DNA of 53,968 nucleotides from Bacteroidales bacterium (GTDB lineage Bacteria; Bacteroidota; Bacteroidia; Bacteroidales; F082): NCBI GenBank assembly GCA_045596465.1, contig JAZOCI010000015.1, positions 1 to 53,968 of the forward strand, read 5' to 3'. Shown piece by piece: positions 44,666 to 53,968 of this stretch (position 1 is its first letter; each line of letters starts with the position of its first letter). The notes under the pieces were generated by a model. It saw only the letters and a program-made list of their open reading frames with translations, ran no database searches and was not told where the DNA came from. The position numbers and the translations under genes were made by a program.

Positions 44666-44680
44666 TTCGTATATGGAAAT

Positions 44681-46372
44681 ATGTGTTGCTCGACCAAAAT
44701 ATTGAAACTCTTTATGATGACGATTTTCGTTGTTATGTCGAATTGCGTGTTTGCTCAAAACTATAACACATCTTCCAAGAAAGCATCGAAATATTTTAGT
44801 AAAGCCGTCGAAATGTTTCATGAAGACAAGCAGAAAGCGATGCAATATGTTGATAATGCGTTGAAATGTGATGATGATTTTGCTGATGCGATTTTACTTA
44901 AGGCAGAGCTTTATCTCGATATGAAGAACGACATCTCGGCAATTGCGATGTATGAACGGCTCTTTGAACTCGATTCGATGGCTTTCCCTAAAAGTGTTAT
45001 CTCTTTGTCGAAATTATATGCAAAACAGCTTGATTTCGAAAAGGCGATAAATTTGCTTAATTGGTATCTTAAGTTGGAAAATCAGAAAGAAACAATTCGT
45101 AATATAGCTGAGAAACAATTGATTCTGATAAATTATCAAAAAACTTTAGTCGAAAATCCTGTCAATTATAATCCTGAAAATATAGGCGTTTTGGTAAATA
45201 CATCCTTTGACGAATATGTTAATCAATATTATGTTAATGAAAATAAGATAATTTTTACCAAACGTTATAATTCGCAGGAGAGACAATATTTCGAGGAAAA
45301 CGTTTTTGTGACTACTATGTATGATTCTGTCTGGTCAATTCCTCGTTTGTTGCTTGATAATCTGAGAGATATAGGCGCTGCTAATATCTCGGCTGATGGT
45401 AGTGAGATTTATTTTTCGGCAAGTTCTTGGGGTAATGGAAATGGAAACAATGACATTTATTTCTTGAAATTTGAGAATGATAAATGGTCTAAGCCTAAAA
45501 ACATAAAATCTATTAACACTTCAGAATGGGAGTCTCAACCGTACGTCAGTTTCGATGGAAAAGAATTGTTTTTCGTGAGAAGAAATAAAAATCTCGGAAC
45601 ATCAGATATTTACGTTGCTTCTCGTGATAATGACGGGAATTGGATCAATCCGCAAAAGTTGAATTCTGATATAAATACTGATGGTAATGAAATGGCGCCT
45701 TTTATTCACTATGATGGAAATACCTTGTATTTTTCTTCCGACACTCATTTGGGAATGGGTGGTTACGATTTGTTTATGTCGAGAAGGAATGAGAGTGGAG
45801 AATGGATGAAGCCTGTGAATTTGGGTTATCCTATTAACACTCAAGGTGATGAGATAAATATCGTTGTGCTGAATGACGCGTTGATGGCTTATATTTCAGC
45901 AGTGAGAGATGAAGGTTATGGCGGTTATGATATTTATGAGTTTGAACTTGATGAGGATTTTAGACCTGAATCCGTTGAGATTGAATCACTTTCTGATGAT
46001 GAATATTATGCAGATGTTTTGTCTAAACAACAATCTGTTGTGTTAAAAAATATTTACTTTGAATTTGATAGTGACAAATTGACGTCAGATTCTGAGGAAG
46101 GAATAGTGAATCTTTATAATTACTTGATTTCTAATCCAGAGAAGAATATCTTGCTCGAAGGTCATACCGACGATATGGGAAGTGACGAATATAATATGTC
46201 ATTGTCGGAAAGAAGAGCCGAGAGTGTTAAAAACGCCTTGATTGATAAGGGGATAAGTTTAACGAGGATAAAAACAAAAGGTTGCGGATCAACGCAACCT
46301 TTGTTTCCTAATAACTTTGATGATGAACTAAGAGCACTTAATAGGAGAGTCTCTATGTCTTTAGACTTTTAG
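44681..46372 (+). CDS. OmpA-family protein with N-terminal TPR and TolB-like (PD40) repeats; start uncertain (44681 or 44714)
   Basis: About 563 aa. Signal peptide ...MSNCVFA|Q. PD40-like repeats (DGSEIYFSA, DGKELFFVR, DGNTLYFSS). C-terminal OmpA domain LEGHTDDMGSDEYNMSLSERRAESV. Confidence 0.85.
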   Translation: MCCSTKILKLFMMTIFVVMSNCVFAQNYNTSSKKASKYFSKAVEMFHEDKQKAMQYVDNALKCDDDFADAILLKAELYLDMKNDISAIAMYERLFELDSMAFPKSVISLSKLYAKQLDFEKAINLLNWYLKLENQKETIRNIAEKQLILINYQKTLVENPVNYNPENIGVLVNTSFDEYVNQYYVNENKIIFTKRYNSQERQYFEENVFVTTMYDSVWSIPRLLLDNLRDIGAANISADGSEIYFSASSWGNGNGNNDIYFLKFENDKWSKPKNIKSINTSEWESQPYVSFDGKELFFVRRNKNLGTSDIYVASRDNDGNWINPQKLNSDINTDGNEMAPFIHYDGNTLYFSSDTHLGMGGYDLFMSRRNESGEWMKPVNLGYPINTQGDEINIVVLNDALMAYISAVRDEGYGGYDIYEFELDEDFRPESVEIESLSDDEYYADVLSKQQSVVLKNIYFEFDSDKLTSDSEEGIVNLYNYLISNPEKNILLEGHTDDMGSDEYNMSLSERRAESVKNALIDKGISLTRIKTKGCGSTQPLFPNNFDDELRALNRRVSMSLDF

Positions 46373-46374
46373 TC

Positions 46375-48147
46375 TTAGTCTTTATACATTTCCTCGATGA
46401 GGTTCTTGTAAACTTCTTTAACTACGTTTCTCTTGACTTTTAAAGTCGGAGTGAGGATCCCGTTGTTGACACTCCATTCGTCAGCGATGAGTTCGTAACG
46501 TTTGATTTTTTCAGTATCGCCGAAATTCTGATTTATCTTCTTGATTTCTTCAGCAAAACGTTTTTTGACCTCAGCATTTTTTATCATTTCGTTTGGCGTA
46601 GTGAATTGAATTTCATGCTTTTGACACCATGTTTTCAAGAACGTGAAATCAGGAACGATGATTGCTCCAGCATATTTTTGGTTCTCGCCAAGAACGACAA
46701 TGTTTTCAATGAAACCAGATTCTGAGAATTTGCCTTCAATTACGTCAGGATTGATGTATTTGCCTAAAGAAGTCTTGAATAAGTTCTTTAATCTTCCAGT
46801 GATTCTTACTTGTCCGTATTCGTTGATTTCGCCAAGGTCACCGGTGTGCATCCAGCCGTCTTCGTCGATGACTTCTTTCGTCAATTCAGGTTGGTTGTAA
46901 TAACCCATCATCACGTTGTGCCCGCGACATATAATTTCTTTATTTTCAGCTATTTTGACTTCGACGCCAGGAAGAGCGAAGCCTACAGTGCCTATTTCGC
47001 GACCGTGAGGCAAATTGCAAGAAACTGCGATAACAGGTGAACATTCTGTCATTCCGTAGCCTTCATAGATTGGCATCTTGATGGCTGAGAAGAATGAAGC
47101 GATGTTTGATTGTATACTTGCAGCTCCAGATACGACGATGTCGAAGTTTTCTGCACCAAGAGTCTGACGTATCTTTTTGTAAACCAAAGCGTCAGCGATT
47201 TTGAGTTTCTGGTTGTATAACCATGTGCGATTGCATGGATCTATTTTATATCTTTCAGCTAAATTCAAAGCCCATAAGAAAATGTATTTCTTGATGCCTT
47301 TGTTGTTCCTGCCGTTTTGTTTAATTTTAGTATAAATCTTTTCAAGAAGTCTTGGAACGGCACTCATCATTGTTGGCTGAACATCTTTCAAATCGGATGC
47401 GATTGTGGCAAGGCTTTCTGCGTAATAGACTGACATCCCGAGATATTGGTATAAAAAAACCAACATTCTTTCGTAAGCATGGCATATTGGCAAGAAACTG
47501 AATGCTTTCTTTGACCATGGTGATGGCGTTTGTTTCAAATTGTGGATTTGGCTCATTATGTTGTAGTGAGAAAGCATTACGCCCTTAGGATTACCTGTCG
47601 TTCCTGAAGTGTAAATAATTGTGGCACATTCTTTTTCGTCTATGCTGTCTTCTCTCTTCTTTAATTCTTCAGGATTTTGGTTTTCTTTTCCTAACTCGAC
47701 TAATGATTCGAATGTAGGATAGTCGCACTTTGTTCCTATCGCATATATTGCTTCGAGACTTGGAGCTTCGCTTTTGATACTTTCGATTTTTTGCAATACT
47801 GCCGAGCCTTCTAATACTACGAGCTTCACTCCGCAGTCGTTTATTATATAACGGTAGTCGTCTTTGCTTATCGTAGGATAAATCGGGACAGAAATGGCGC
47901 CGACTTGCATAATCGCCATGTCGAGCATGTTCCATTCAGGTCTGTTGCCGCAGATAATGCCGACTTTATCGTCTTTTTGTATTCCTAACTTTATGAGCGC
48001 GTAACTCAGATTATTGGTGATTTCAACGTATTCTTGGATACTGTATTTTCTCCATCCGTTTTTTTCTTTTCTTGCTAAAGCTACATCTTGGTTAGGATAT
48101 TTTTTCAAATACAATTTCAAGATGTCAAAAAGTCTTTTTTCTTCCAT
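46375..48147 (-). CDS. Long-chain fatty acid--CoA ligase (AMP-forming)
   Basis: 590 aa. AMP-binding motif IIYTSGTTGNPKGVMLSH, plus GYGMTE and TGDLG. Confidence 0.9.
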   Translation of the reverse strand: MEEKRLFDILKLYLKKYPNQDVALARKEKNGWRKYSIQEYVEITNNLSYALIKLGIQKDDKVGIICGNRPEWNMLDMAIMQVGAISVPIYPTISKDDYRYIINDCGVKLVVLEGSAVLQKIESIKSEAPSLEAIYAIGTKCDYPTFESLVELGKENQNPEELKKREDSIDEKECATIIYTSGTTGNPKGVMLSHYNIMSQIHNLKQTPSPWSKKAFSFLPICHAYERMLVFLYQYLGMSVYYAESLATIASDLKDVQPTMMSAVPRLLEKIYTKIKQNGRNNKGIKKYIFLWALNLAERYKIDPCNRTWLYNQKLKIADALVYKKIRQTLGAENFDIVVSGAASIQSNIASFFSAIKMPIYEGYGMTECSPVIAVSCNLPHGREIGTVGFALPGVEVKIAENKEIICRGHNVMMGYYNQPELTKEVIDEDGWMHTGDLGEINEYGQVRITGRLKNLFKTSLGKYINPDVIEGKFSESGFIENIVVLGENQKYAGAIIVPDFTFLKTWCQKHEIQFTTPNEMIKNAEVKKRFAEEIKKINQNFGDTEKIKRYELIADEWSVNNGILTPTLKVKRNVVKEVYKNLIEEMYKD

Positions 48148-48361
48148 TTTAGTACTTAATTTTGATGCAAATTAACGTAAAAATTAGTTGTGTGGTGAAT
48201 GTTAAATGTTAAAAATAAAGTAAATGTTTTAAACCACAAAAATTTGTGGTGAAAAGCATTATATAGGTGTTATTTTGTTGTCTTTTATGCTATTTAGGGA
48301 TTAAAGTACTGAATTTAGGGGTGAAAATATTGCTTTTTGGAATTTTATATAATGAATTTTA

Positions 48362-49402
48362 TTAATATTTAATGATTTTTTGAATGTTTGTATTTCCTTT
48401 ACTATCAATGAGTTGTATTAGAAGTAAGCCTTTGTTGTTATTAATGTTTAAGATTTCGTCGCTATTTGAATTGGTTTCGTTGATGATGGTTCCGTTTAGG
48501 TTAAATATTTTGATGTCGTATGTTATATTGTCGATATTTTTTATCGTTATGAAGCTGTCGAATGGATTGTTTATGATTTTAAACTTATTTTCTTTTTTGT
48601 TCTCTCCAATATACTCATGTTTAAGATTCCATTTTTCAAGGTTGTTAAATACCACTTCGTCGGCGGTTTCTTGTAGTATGTTTGCTTTTGTATCGTCGAT
48701 TTGTGTGTTGTGATAAGTCCCGACAGGAGTTTCATTCCAGAATATTGCATAGAATACACATGCTGCCAAGAAAGTTCCATCGTATGAAGGATGGCTGTCG
48801 TCGCTGCTGTGCAGAACGAACTCGGGATTTGTCGATAATGCAGCTTTCCATGCTTCGCCGACAGGAGCTACGTAAGAATTTGTTGCGTGTGCGTTCTCGC
48901 AATAGGCTGCTGTTAATGTGTCTTGCATGTGATTGAAGTCGACGAAATCAGCACTGCAATATAAGCCGTCTCCGAAATTGACGCATTGCTGGCCTCCATA
49001 ACGGCGTCCCCATGTCATATAACCGACTACTTTCGCATTTGGATTGTATAACATGATGCTGTCGTAAAGTGCTTTGTATGAAGGTTTTAGTGTGTTGTGG
49101 CGATAGTGGTCAATTACGGGTAGCTGACTTTGTTCTTGAAGAACGACATAGTCCCAATCGCCTTGACGTATTTTTGATAATGAATTATGACTTTCAACAT
49201 GTTGAAATAAGGTACAACCGCCAGGAGTTATAGATTCGTGTATGAATGTTTTGCCTTCGTTTTCGGAGATTTCTTCGATCATTCCAGGTAAATCGTTGAC
49301 GTAAGTGTAACTGTTCCCGAGAAATAACACTTTTATTTTGTCTTGTGAAAGTCCTGTTTTGGATAATAAAATTGCTATCGTGAGTAGTAATAGTTTTTTC
49401 AT
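48362..49402 (-). CDS. DUF4886 (SGNH-like) protein with T9SS C-terminal sorting domain
   Basis: 346 aa with a signal peptide. KVLFLGNSYTYVNDLP is typical of DUF4886. C-terminal CTD-like FKIINNPFDSFITIKN...GLLLIQLIDSKGNTNIQKIIKY. Confidence 0.75.
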   Translation of the reverse strand: MKKLLLLTIAILLSKTGLSQDKIKVLFLGNSYTYVNDLPGMIEEISENEGKTFIHESITPGGCTLFQHVESHNSLSKIRQGDWDYVVLQEQSQLPVIDHYRHNTLKPSYKALYDSIMLYNPNAKVVGYMTWGRRYGGQQCVNFGDGLYCSADFVDFNHMQDTLTAAYCENAHATNSYVAPVGEAWKAALSTNPEFVLHSSDDSHPSYDGTFLAACVFYAIFWNETPVGTYHNTQIDDTKANILQETADEVVFNNLEKWNLKHEYIGENKKENKFKIINNPFDSFITIKNIDNITYDIKIFNLNGTIINETNSNSDEILNINNNKGLLLIQLIDSKGNTNIQKIIKY

Positions 49403-49414
49403 GCAATTAAATTT

Positions 49415-49441
49415 AAAAGGCGTACTATCTCAGTACGCCTT
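49415..49441 (-). terminator. Intrinsic terminator after pruA
   Basis: Minus strand reads AAGGCGTACT-GAGAT-AGTACGCCTT followed by TTAAATTT. Confidence 0.75.
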
Positions 49442-49461
49442 ATCTGTTAATATTTTTTAGA

Positions 49462-51090
49462 TTATTTTGCTAAGAAAGGATAGCCGTATTCTGTTGCAGG
49501 TACAAATGTCTCTTTGATTGAACGAGGATTTGTCCAGCGGATGAGGTTCCATAATCCACCGGCTTTGTCGTTTGTTCCTGATGCGCGAGAACCGCCAAAT
49601 GGTTGGCAACCAACGACTGCTCCTGTCGGTTTGTCGTTGATATAGAAGTTGCCTGCAGCATATTTGAGTTTTTCATCAGCTGTCTTCAAAGCCTTTAAGT
49701 CGTATGCGAAGATGGCTCCTGTCAAAGCATAAGGTGATGTGCTGTCGCAGAGTTCGAGTGTTTCCACGTAATCTTTGTCGTCGTAAACGTAAATGGTGAT
49801 GATAGGTCCGAAGATTTCTTCTGCCATTGATTCGTACTTAGGATTTGTGGTTAAAATGACTGTTGGTTCTACGAAGTAACCTGTTGATTTATCGCAGTTT
49901 CCACCGAATATGACTTCTGCTTCCGTTGATGCTTTAGCTCTGTCGATGTAGCCTTTACAGTTGTCGAATGAGGCTTCGTCGATGACTGCATTTACGAAGT
50001 TTGTGAAGTCCGTCACATCGCCCATCTTGATTGTGCTGAGCATTTCTCCGACGTGTTGTTTTACCTCGTTCCATAACGAATCTGGGATGTAAGCTCTTGA
50101 TGCCGCAGAACATTTTTGTCCTTGGAATTCAAAGGCACCGCGAACTATCGCTGTGGCGACTTCTCTCGGATTTGCAGAGCTGTGAGCGAAAATGAAATCT
50201 TTGCCGCCTGTCTCGCCGACTAATCTCGGATATGATTTATAGTTGTTGATGTTTGCGCCGACGCCTCTCCACAATCCTTGGAATGTTCCTGTTGAGCCTG
50301 TGAAGTGGATACCGGCGAGGTTAGGATTGCTTAATGCGACGTTGCCGATGAGAGAGCCTTTTCCTGGCAAGAAGTTTATTACGCCTGCAGGAAGTCCTGC
50401 TTCCATGAAAATCTGCATCAAATGATAGTTTGATAACAAGGCTGTTGTTGATGGTTTCCAGATAGTTGTGTTGCCCATCAAGACAGGTGTCATGTTGAGG
50501 TTCGATGCGATAGAGGTGAAGTTGAAAGGCGTGACCGCCATAACAAAACCTTCTAAAGGTCTGTATTCGGCTCTGTTAAGTTGATCTGGTGTTGATGAAG
50601 GCTGCTCTGAATATAGATTGCCAGCGTAATAATTGTTGAAACGGAAGAAGTCGATGGTCTCACATGCAGAGTCGATTTCTGCTTGGAAAGCGTTTTTACT
50701 CTGTCCTAACATACAAGAAGCGTTAATTCTTGCGCGGTATTTTGTTGCAATGAGCTGACCGATGCGTGCCATAATCGATGCGCGTTCAACCCATGGAATG
50801 TTTTCCCATTCTTTCTTGGCGTTCAACGCGGCTTCAATCGCCATGTTGACTTCTTTCTCGCCGACTTTATGATATTTCGCAACAACATGCTTGTGATTGT
50901 GTGGCATTACAACCTCGCCGATGTCGCCAGTGCGGATTTCTTTGCCACCTATTATAATAGGTATTTCTACAACTTCATTCGATTGTTTTTTCAGTTCTTG
51001 CTCTAAAGCAATACGTTCTGGGCTGCCTGGTCTGTACTCTTTTACAGCTTCGTTGGCAGGTTTTGCAAATTGAAATAATGAGTTGTTCAT
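49462..51090 (-). CDS. pruA: L-glutamate gamma-semialdehyde (1-pyrroline-5-carboxylate) dehydrogenase
   Basis: 542 aa aldehyde dehydrogenase. ETGGKD (catalytic Glu), GQKCSA (catalytic Cys), C-terminal FGGSRASGTNDKAG typical of P5CDH. Confidence 0.92.
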   Translation of the reverse strand: MNNSLFQFAKPANEAVKEYRPGSPERIALEQELKKQSNEVVEIPIIIGGKEIRTGDIGEVVMPHNHKHVVAKYHKVGEKEVNMAIEAALNAKKEWENIPWVERASIMARIGQLIATKYRARINASCMLGQSKNAFQAEIDSACETIDFFRFNNYYAGNLYSEQPSSTPDQLNRAEYRPLEGFVMAVTPFNFTSIASNLNMTPVLMGNTTIWKPSTTALLSNYHLMQIFMEAGLPAGVINFLPGKGSLIGNVALSNPNLAGIHFTGSTGTFQGLWRGVGANINNYKSYPRLVGETGGKDFIFAHSSANPREVATAIVRGAFEFQGQKCSAASRAYIPDSLWNEVKQHVGEMLSTIKMGDVTDFTNFVNAVIDEASFDNCKGYIDRAKASTEAEVIFGGNCDKSTGYFVEPTVILTTNPKYESMAEEIFGPIITIYVYDDKDYVETLELCDSTSPYALTGAIFAYDLKALKTADEKLKYAAGNFYINDKPTGAVVGCQPFGGSRASGTNDKAGGLWNLIRWTNPRSIKETFVPATEYGYPFLAK

Positions 51091-51133
51091 GATATTATGT
51101 TTTAGTTGTTCATGTTTTTTTAATATATCGCTA

Positions 51134-51141
51134 CAAATATA
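51134..51141 (-). promoter_or_regulatory. -7 promoter box for pruA
   Basis: Minus strand reads TATATTTG, about 43 nt upstream of the ATG at 51090. Confidence 0.45.
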
Positions 51142-51184
51142 ATCACTTTATGTCAAAAATAAAAGTTAAAAATTATTATAAAAT

Positions 51185-51904
51185 TTATTTTAACCTTTTA
51201 ATCAAGCATAAATGATGCGTATGTTTTTTTAATTCGTTGTTATAAATTCCGATTTCGTTAATTGTGTCGATGCGAACTTTACCAGAAGCGTGAATTATCG
51301 TGTTGTTCGACAAAAGAATCCCGACGTGAATGACACGGCGATTTCTGTTCTCAAAAAAAGCGATGTCACCGGATTTAATGTCGTTTAAACTATTGATAAC
51401 TTCTCCGAAATCAACTTGTTGCGAAGCGTCACGCGGTAGTTTGTAGCCCGCAATTTTTGCACATAATTGTACAAATGCGGAACAGTCGATGCCCATTATG
51501 CTTTTGCCGCCCCAACGATAAGGTACGTTTAGCATCTTAATTGCTGATTTTGTAAATATTTCAGAATCAAAGGTTTTGCTGAGAGGAATTGTGCCTTCTA
51601 CATTTTCAAATGTCTTGCTTCCGAAACTTAAAATCTTATTGTCATAAAAAATGGTCGGTACATCTACAATGTATTTTTTCTTTGAAAGGTATTCGTTGTA
51701 TTCGTTATCAGTGATTTCGTGATGTTGTATTTTCCTTATCCAGCCTTCGTAGGAATCGTACATGCATCGTATTTTAAACCATTCTTCGTTTTCTTCTACT
51801 ATTTCGTAAATGTCATTGAAAAGCAGTTCTGAAACGAGCTCACTCGTGTGTGAAGCGTCTTTTCTCATTGGGACGACTGATAGTGTGCAAATTCCGTATC
51901 TCAT
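51185..51904 (-). CDS. C40-family (NlpC/P60) peptidase with N-terminal SH3b-like domain
   Basis: 239 aa. Catalytic Cys context GIDCSAFVQ and a downstream HVGIL His. Confidence 0.85.
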   Translation of the reverse strand: MRYGICTLSVVPMRKDASHTSELVSELLFNDIYEIVEENEEWFKIRCMYDSYEGWIRKIQHHEITDNEYNEYLSKKKYIVDVPTIFYDNKILSFGSKTFENVEGTIPLSKTFDSEIFTKSAIKMLNVPYRWGGKSIMGIDCSAFVQLCAKIAGYKLPRDASQQVDFGEVINSLNDIKSGDIAFFENRNRRVIHVGILLSNNTIIHASGKVRIDTINEIGIYNNELKKHTHHLCLIKRLK

Positions 51905-52006
51905 TTTTTAATTATTATGATTGCTAAATTATGAAAAAAAATTGTATCTTAGCAGGAGTTTTGTTTTAAAACATAATTTTTTTATTTACTTTATAATAAC
52001 TTGAAA

Positions 52007-53968
52007 ATGAGTAAAATATCTTCTTTTTTATCGAAAGTTGGTCATTCGTATCAGATTATATTCAGGGTGTTGGCTTTTTTGGTGGCCATATTTTTGGTTG
52101 TATGGCAGATGCCGAGAACTATCAAGTTCAAATATGAGTATCAAAAGATGCGTCCTTGGCAGTATGAATCTTTGTACGCACCGTTTAATTTCCCGATTTA
52201 TAAGACTGCGGAACAGTTGAAAATGGAAGAGGAGGAGTTCTTGAAAGATTTTTATCCGATTTTTGTCTTTGATGTGAATATGTCGAAGAATAATAAGGTT
52301 GCGATGCTTCAAGAATTTGATAATCAATGGAGTAGTGATGAAAAAGTGAGGCTGAAAAACAAAGCTCTTCTCGAAAATATTTATGATACTATAGAAAATA
52401 GAGGTATTATTACTAATGTTGCGACGGCTTATGACTTGAAACCGGAGTCGATGATTGATGTTGTGAGAGATAGGGTTGTTAAAACCAAGTCGTTCCGCGA
52501 TTTTTATACAATGAAAACCGCCGCTGATTTTATTTCCGATTATTTGTCTAATGTTGATGATGATATTGATAAAACATTGATAAATAGATTGTTACTTGCT
52601 TATTTGAATCAAAATGTCGTTTTCTCGGAAGATTTGACAAAACAGTCGGAAGAACAGGCTTTAGCTGCCATTTCTCTTACTTTCGGAATGGTGCAGAAAG
52701 ATGAGCTGATTATCTCGGAAGGTGAGCTTATTACAGATGAAAAGTATAACATAATCAATTCGTTGAAAAAAGAATATGATGCGATGAATTCGGATAGTTT
52801 CTTAAACAGAAATATCAATCTTTACGGACAAGTTCTTGTCGTCGCATTCGTGTTTTTATTCTTGTTCTTGGCGATGAAATTGATAAATCAGGCTTTGTTG
52901 AAAGAGTCAAAGACCATAATGATGATTTTGGTCATGATGCTTTTGATGATTTTGCCTTCGTTTGTCGTGCTGAAACATGTTCCGGATATGATTTATCTGA
53001 TGCCTCTGACTATCTTGGCAATGTTGCTTGTGACTTTCTTCAACTCTCGTACTGCTATATATATTCAAACTTTAACGTTGATAATCATAAGTTTGGCTGT
53101 ACCTAATTCGTTTCAGTTCTTCGTGATACAATTCCTGACTTCTCTGGTCGCGATATTTGTACTTGCCAATAAGGTCTCACGTTCTAAATATTTTTTCACA
53201 TCTGCGATCGTCTTCGTGGTTTATGTCGTGATGAGAATTGGAATGGCTTTGATTTTTGATGGCGGCTTGGAAAATGTCAGTTGGACTGATGTCGGAATTT
53301 TTGCTATGAACGCCTTGTTTACAATGTTGTCGTTGCCTTTGATAATCTTGTTTGAACGTGTTTTTGGTTTTGTTACTGATATGACTCTCTTGGAGTTAAG
53401 TAATACAAATACGCCTTTGTTGAGAAGGTTGTCGTCGGAAGCACCGGGAACGTTCCAGCATGTCATGCAAGTCGCCGACTTGTGTGAAGAGGCTCTTTTT
53501 GCTATCGGTGGCAATATGCTTCTTGCTCGTACCGGCGCCATGTATCATGATATAGGAAAGATAAAGAGTCCGTTGTATTTTACTGAAAATCAAAATAGTA
53601 AATATAATATGCACGAAGATATGTCGTATCAGGAAAGCGCATCCGTTATTATACAACATGTTTTAGATGGAATAGAGATATGTAGAAAATATCATCTTCC
53701 AGAGCAGATTATCGACTTTGTAAGAACTCATCACGGCACGAGAAGGACGGAATATTTCTATCAGATGGCGTTGCGCGAAAATGACGGCGATGTCGATGAA
53801 ATGGATTTCCGTTATCATGGACCGATACCGTTTTCAAAGGAAACTGCTGTTCTTATGATGGCAGACTCTGTGGAAGCTGCATCACGTAGCCTCGCAGATA
53901 AAACGGAAGAGTCTATAAATAAGCTTGTGGATAATATTATAGATGCACAAATTAAAGATAATCAGTTT
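52007..53968 (+). CDS. 7TM-HD (HDIG-domain) membrane phosphohydrolase, PgpH/YqfF-like; 3' end beyond the window
   Basis: Not in the ORF track because it has no stop codon. The ATG at 52007 opens a frame of 654 codons that runs to the last base. N-terminal MSKISSFLSKVGHSYQIIFRVLAFLVAIFLV, then multiple TM helices (~52830-53400). HD domain contains PGTFQHVMQVADL, MYHDIGK and THHGT. Confidence 0.88.
   Translation, partial: MSKISSFLSKVGHSYQIIFRVLAFLVAIFLVVWQMPRTIKFKYEYQKMRPWQYESLYAPFNFPIYKTAEQLKMEEEEFLKDFYPIFVFDVNMSKNNKVAMLQEFDNQWSSDEKVRLKNKALLENIYDTIENRGIITNVATAYDLKPESMIDVVRDRVVKTKSFRDFYTMKTAADFISDYLSNVDDDIDKTLINRLLLAYLNQNVVFSEDLTKQSEEQALAAISLTFGMVQKDELIISEGELITDEKYNIINSLKKEYDAMNSDSFLNRNINLYGQVLVVAFVFLFLFLAMKLINQALLKESKTIMMILVMMLLMILPSFVVLKHVPDMIYLMPLTILAMLLVTFFNSRTAIYIQTLTLIIISLAVPNSFQFFVIQFLTSLVAIFVLANKVSRSKYFFTSAIVFVVYVVMRIGMALIFDGGLENVSWTDVGIFAMNALFTMLSLPLIILFERVFGFVTDMTLLELSNTNTPLLRRLSSEAPGTFQHVMQVADLCEEALFAIGGNMLLARTGAMYHDIGKIKSPLYFTENQNSKYNMHEDMSYQESASVIIQHVLDGIEICRKYHLPEQIIDFVRTHHGTRRTEYFYQMALRENDGDVDEMDFRYHGPIPFSKETAVLMMADSVEAASRSLADKTEESINKLVDNIIDAQIKDNQF

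Noticed and set aside
46360-46390. TAGACTTTTAGTCTTAGTCTTT at the convergent ompA-family / CoA-ligase gene junction, considered as another heptad array or terminator hairpin.
   Set aside because: The sequence lies within the last codons of both genes, has only about 2-3 imperfect units, and does not form a convincing stem.

Overview
Chromosomal segment of an AT-rich Bacteroidota (Bacteroidales-like) genome. Supporting signs are rpoC followed by a DUF3467 gene, TAnnTTTG-type promoter boxes, several T9SS C-terminal sorting domains, and the conserved run bamD-rpoZ-coaBC-DUF4835-recN. About 80% of the window is housekeeping: rpoC (5' end off-window), pyrBI, argS, rsmE, dapA, bamD, rpoZ, coaBC, recN, ffh, folD, pruA, yggS, yhhQ, an ADP-forming acetyl-CoA synthetase, a fatty-acid CoA ligase, a sulfatase with its anSME maturase, and others. 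I found no rRNA, tRNA, CRISPR array, transposase or integrase. The one clearly accessory block is a tightly packed five-gene plus-strand operon (4269-14679) between pyrBI and argS. It encodes a lipoprotein, a T9SS-CTD protein, a signal-peptide tail-fibre/YadA-head-like protein, and a 145-aa protein made of one YD repeat plus a T9SS CTD. The fifth gene encodes a 2115-aa fused TcB-TcC-type Rhs protein (SpvB + FG-GAP + RHS cocoon). This Rhs protein ends in a ~275-aa C-terminal cargo I cannot recognise, and no immunity gene, TcA gene or T6SS gene is nearby. This is my best candidate for an undescribed system. Other points worth a second look are a leader-ORF/terminator attenuator candidate upstream of pyrBI, a preQ1-I-like riboswitch upstream of yhhQ, a family of 7-nt-periodic intergenic arrays, and a palindromic operator-like site upstream of the fatty-acid CoA ligase. 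Technical notes: the ORF track translates TTG/GTG starts as M, and several listed starts include the gene's own promoter box, so I moved those starts downstream. The track also omits a plus-strand HDIG/7TM gene (52007 to the window end) because it has no stop codon in the window. All functional calls come from reading motifs by eye; no database search was run.
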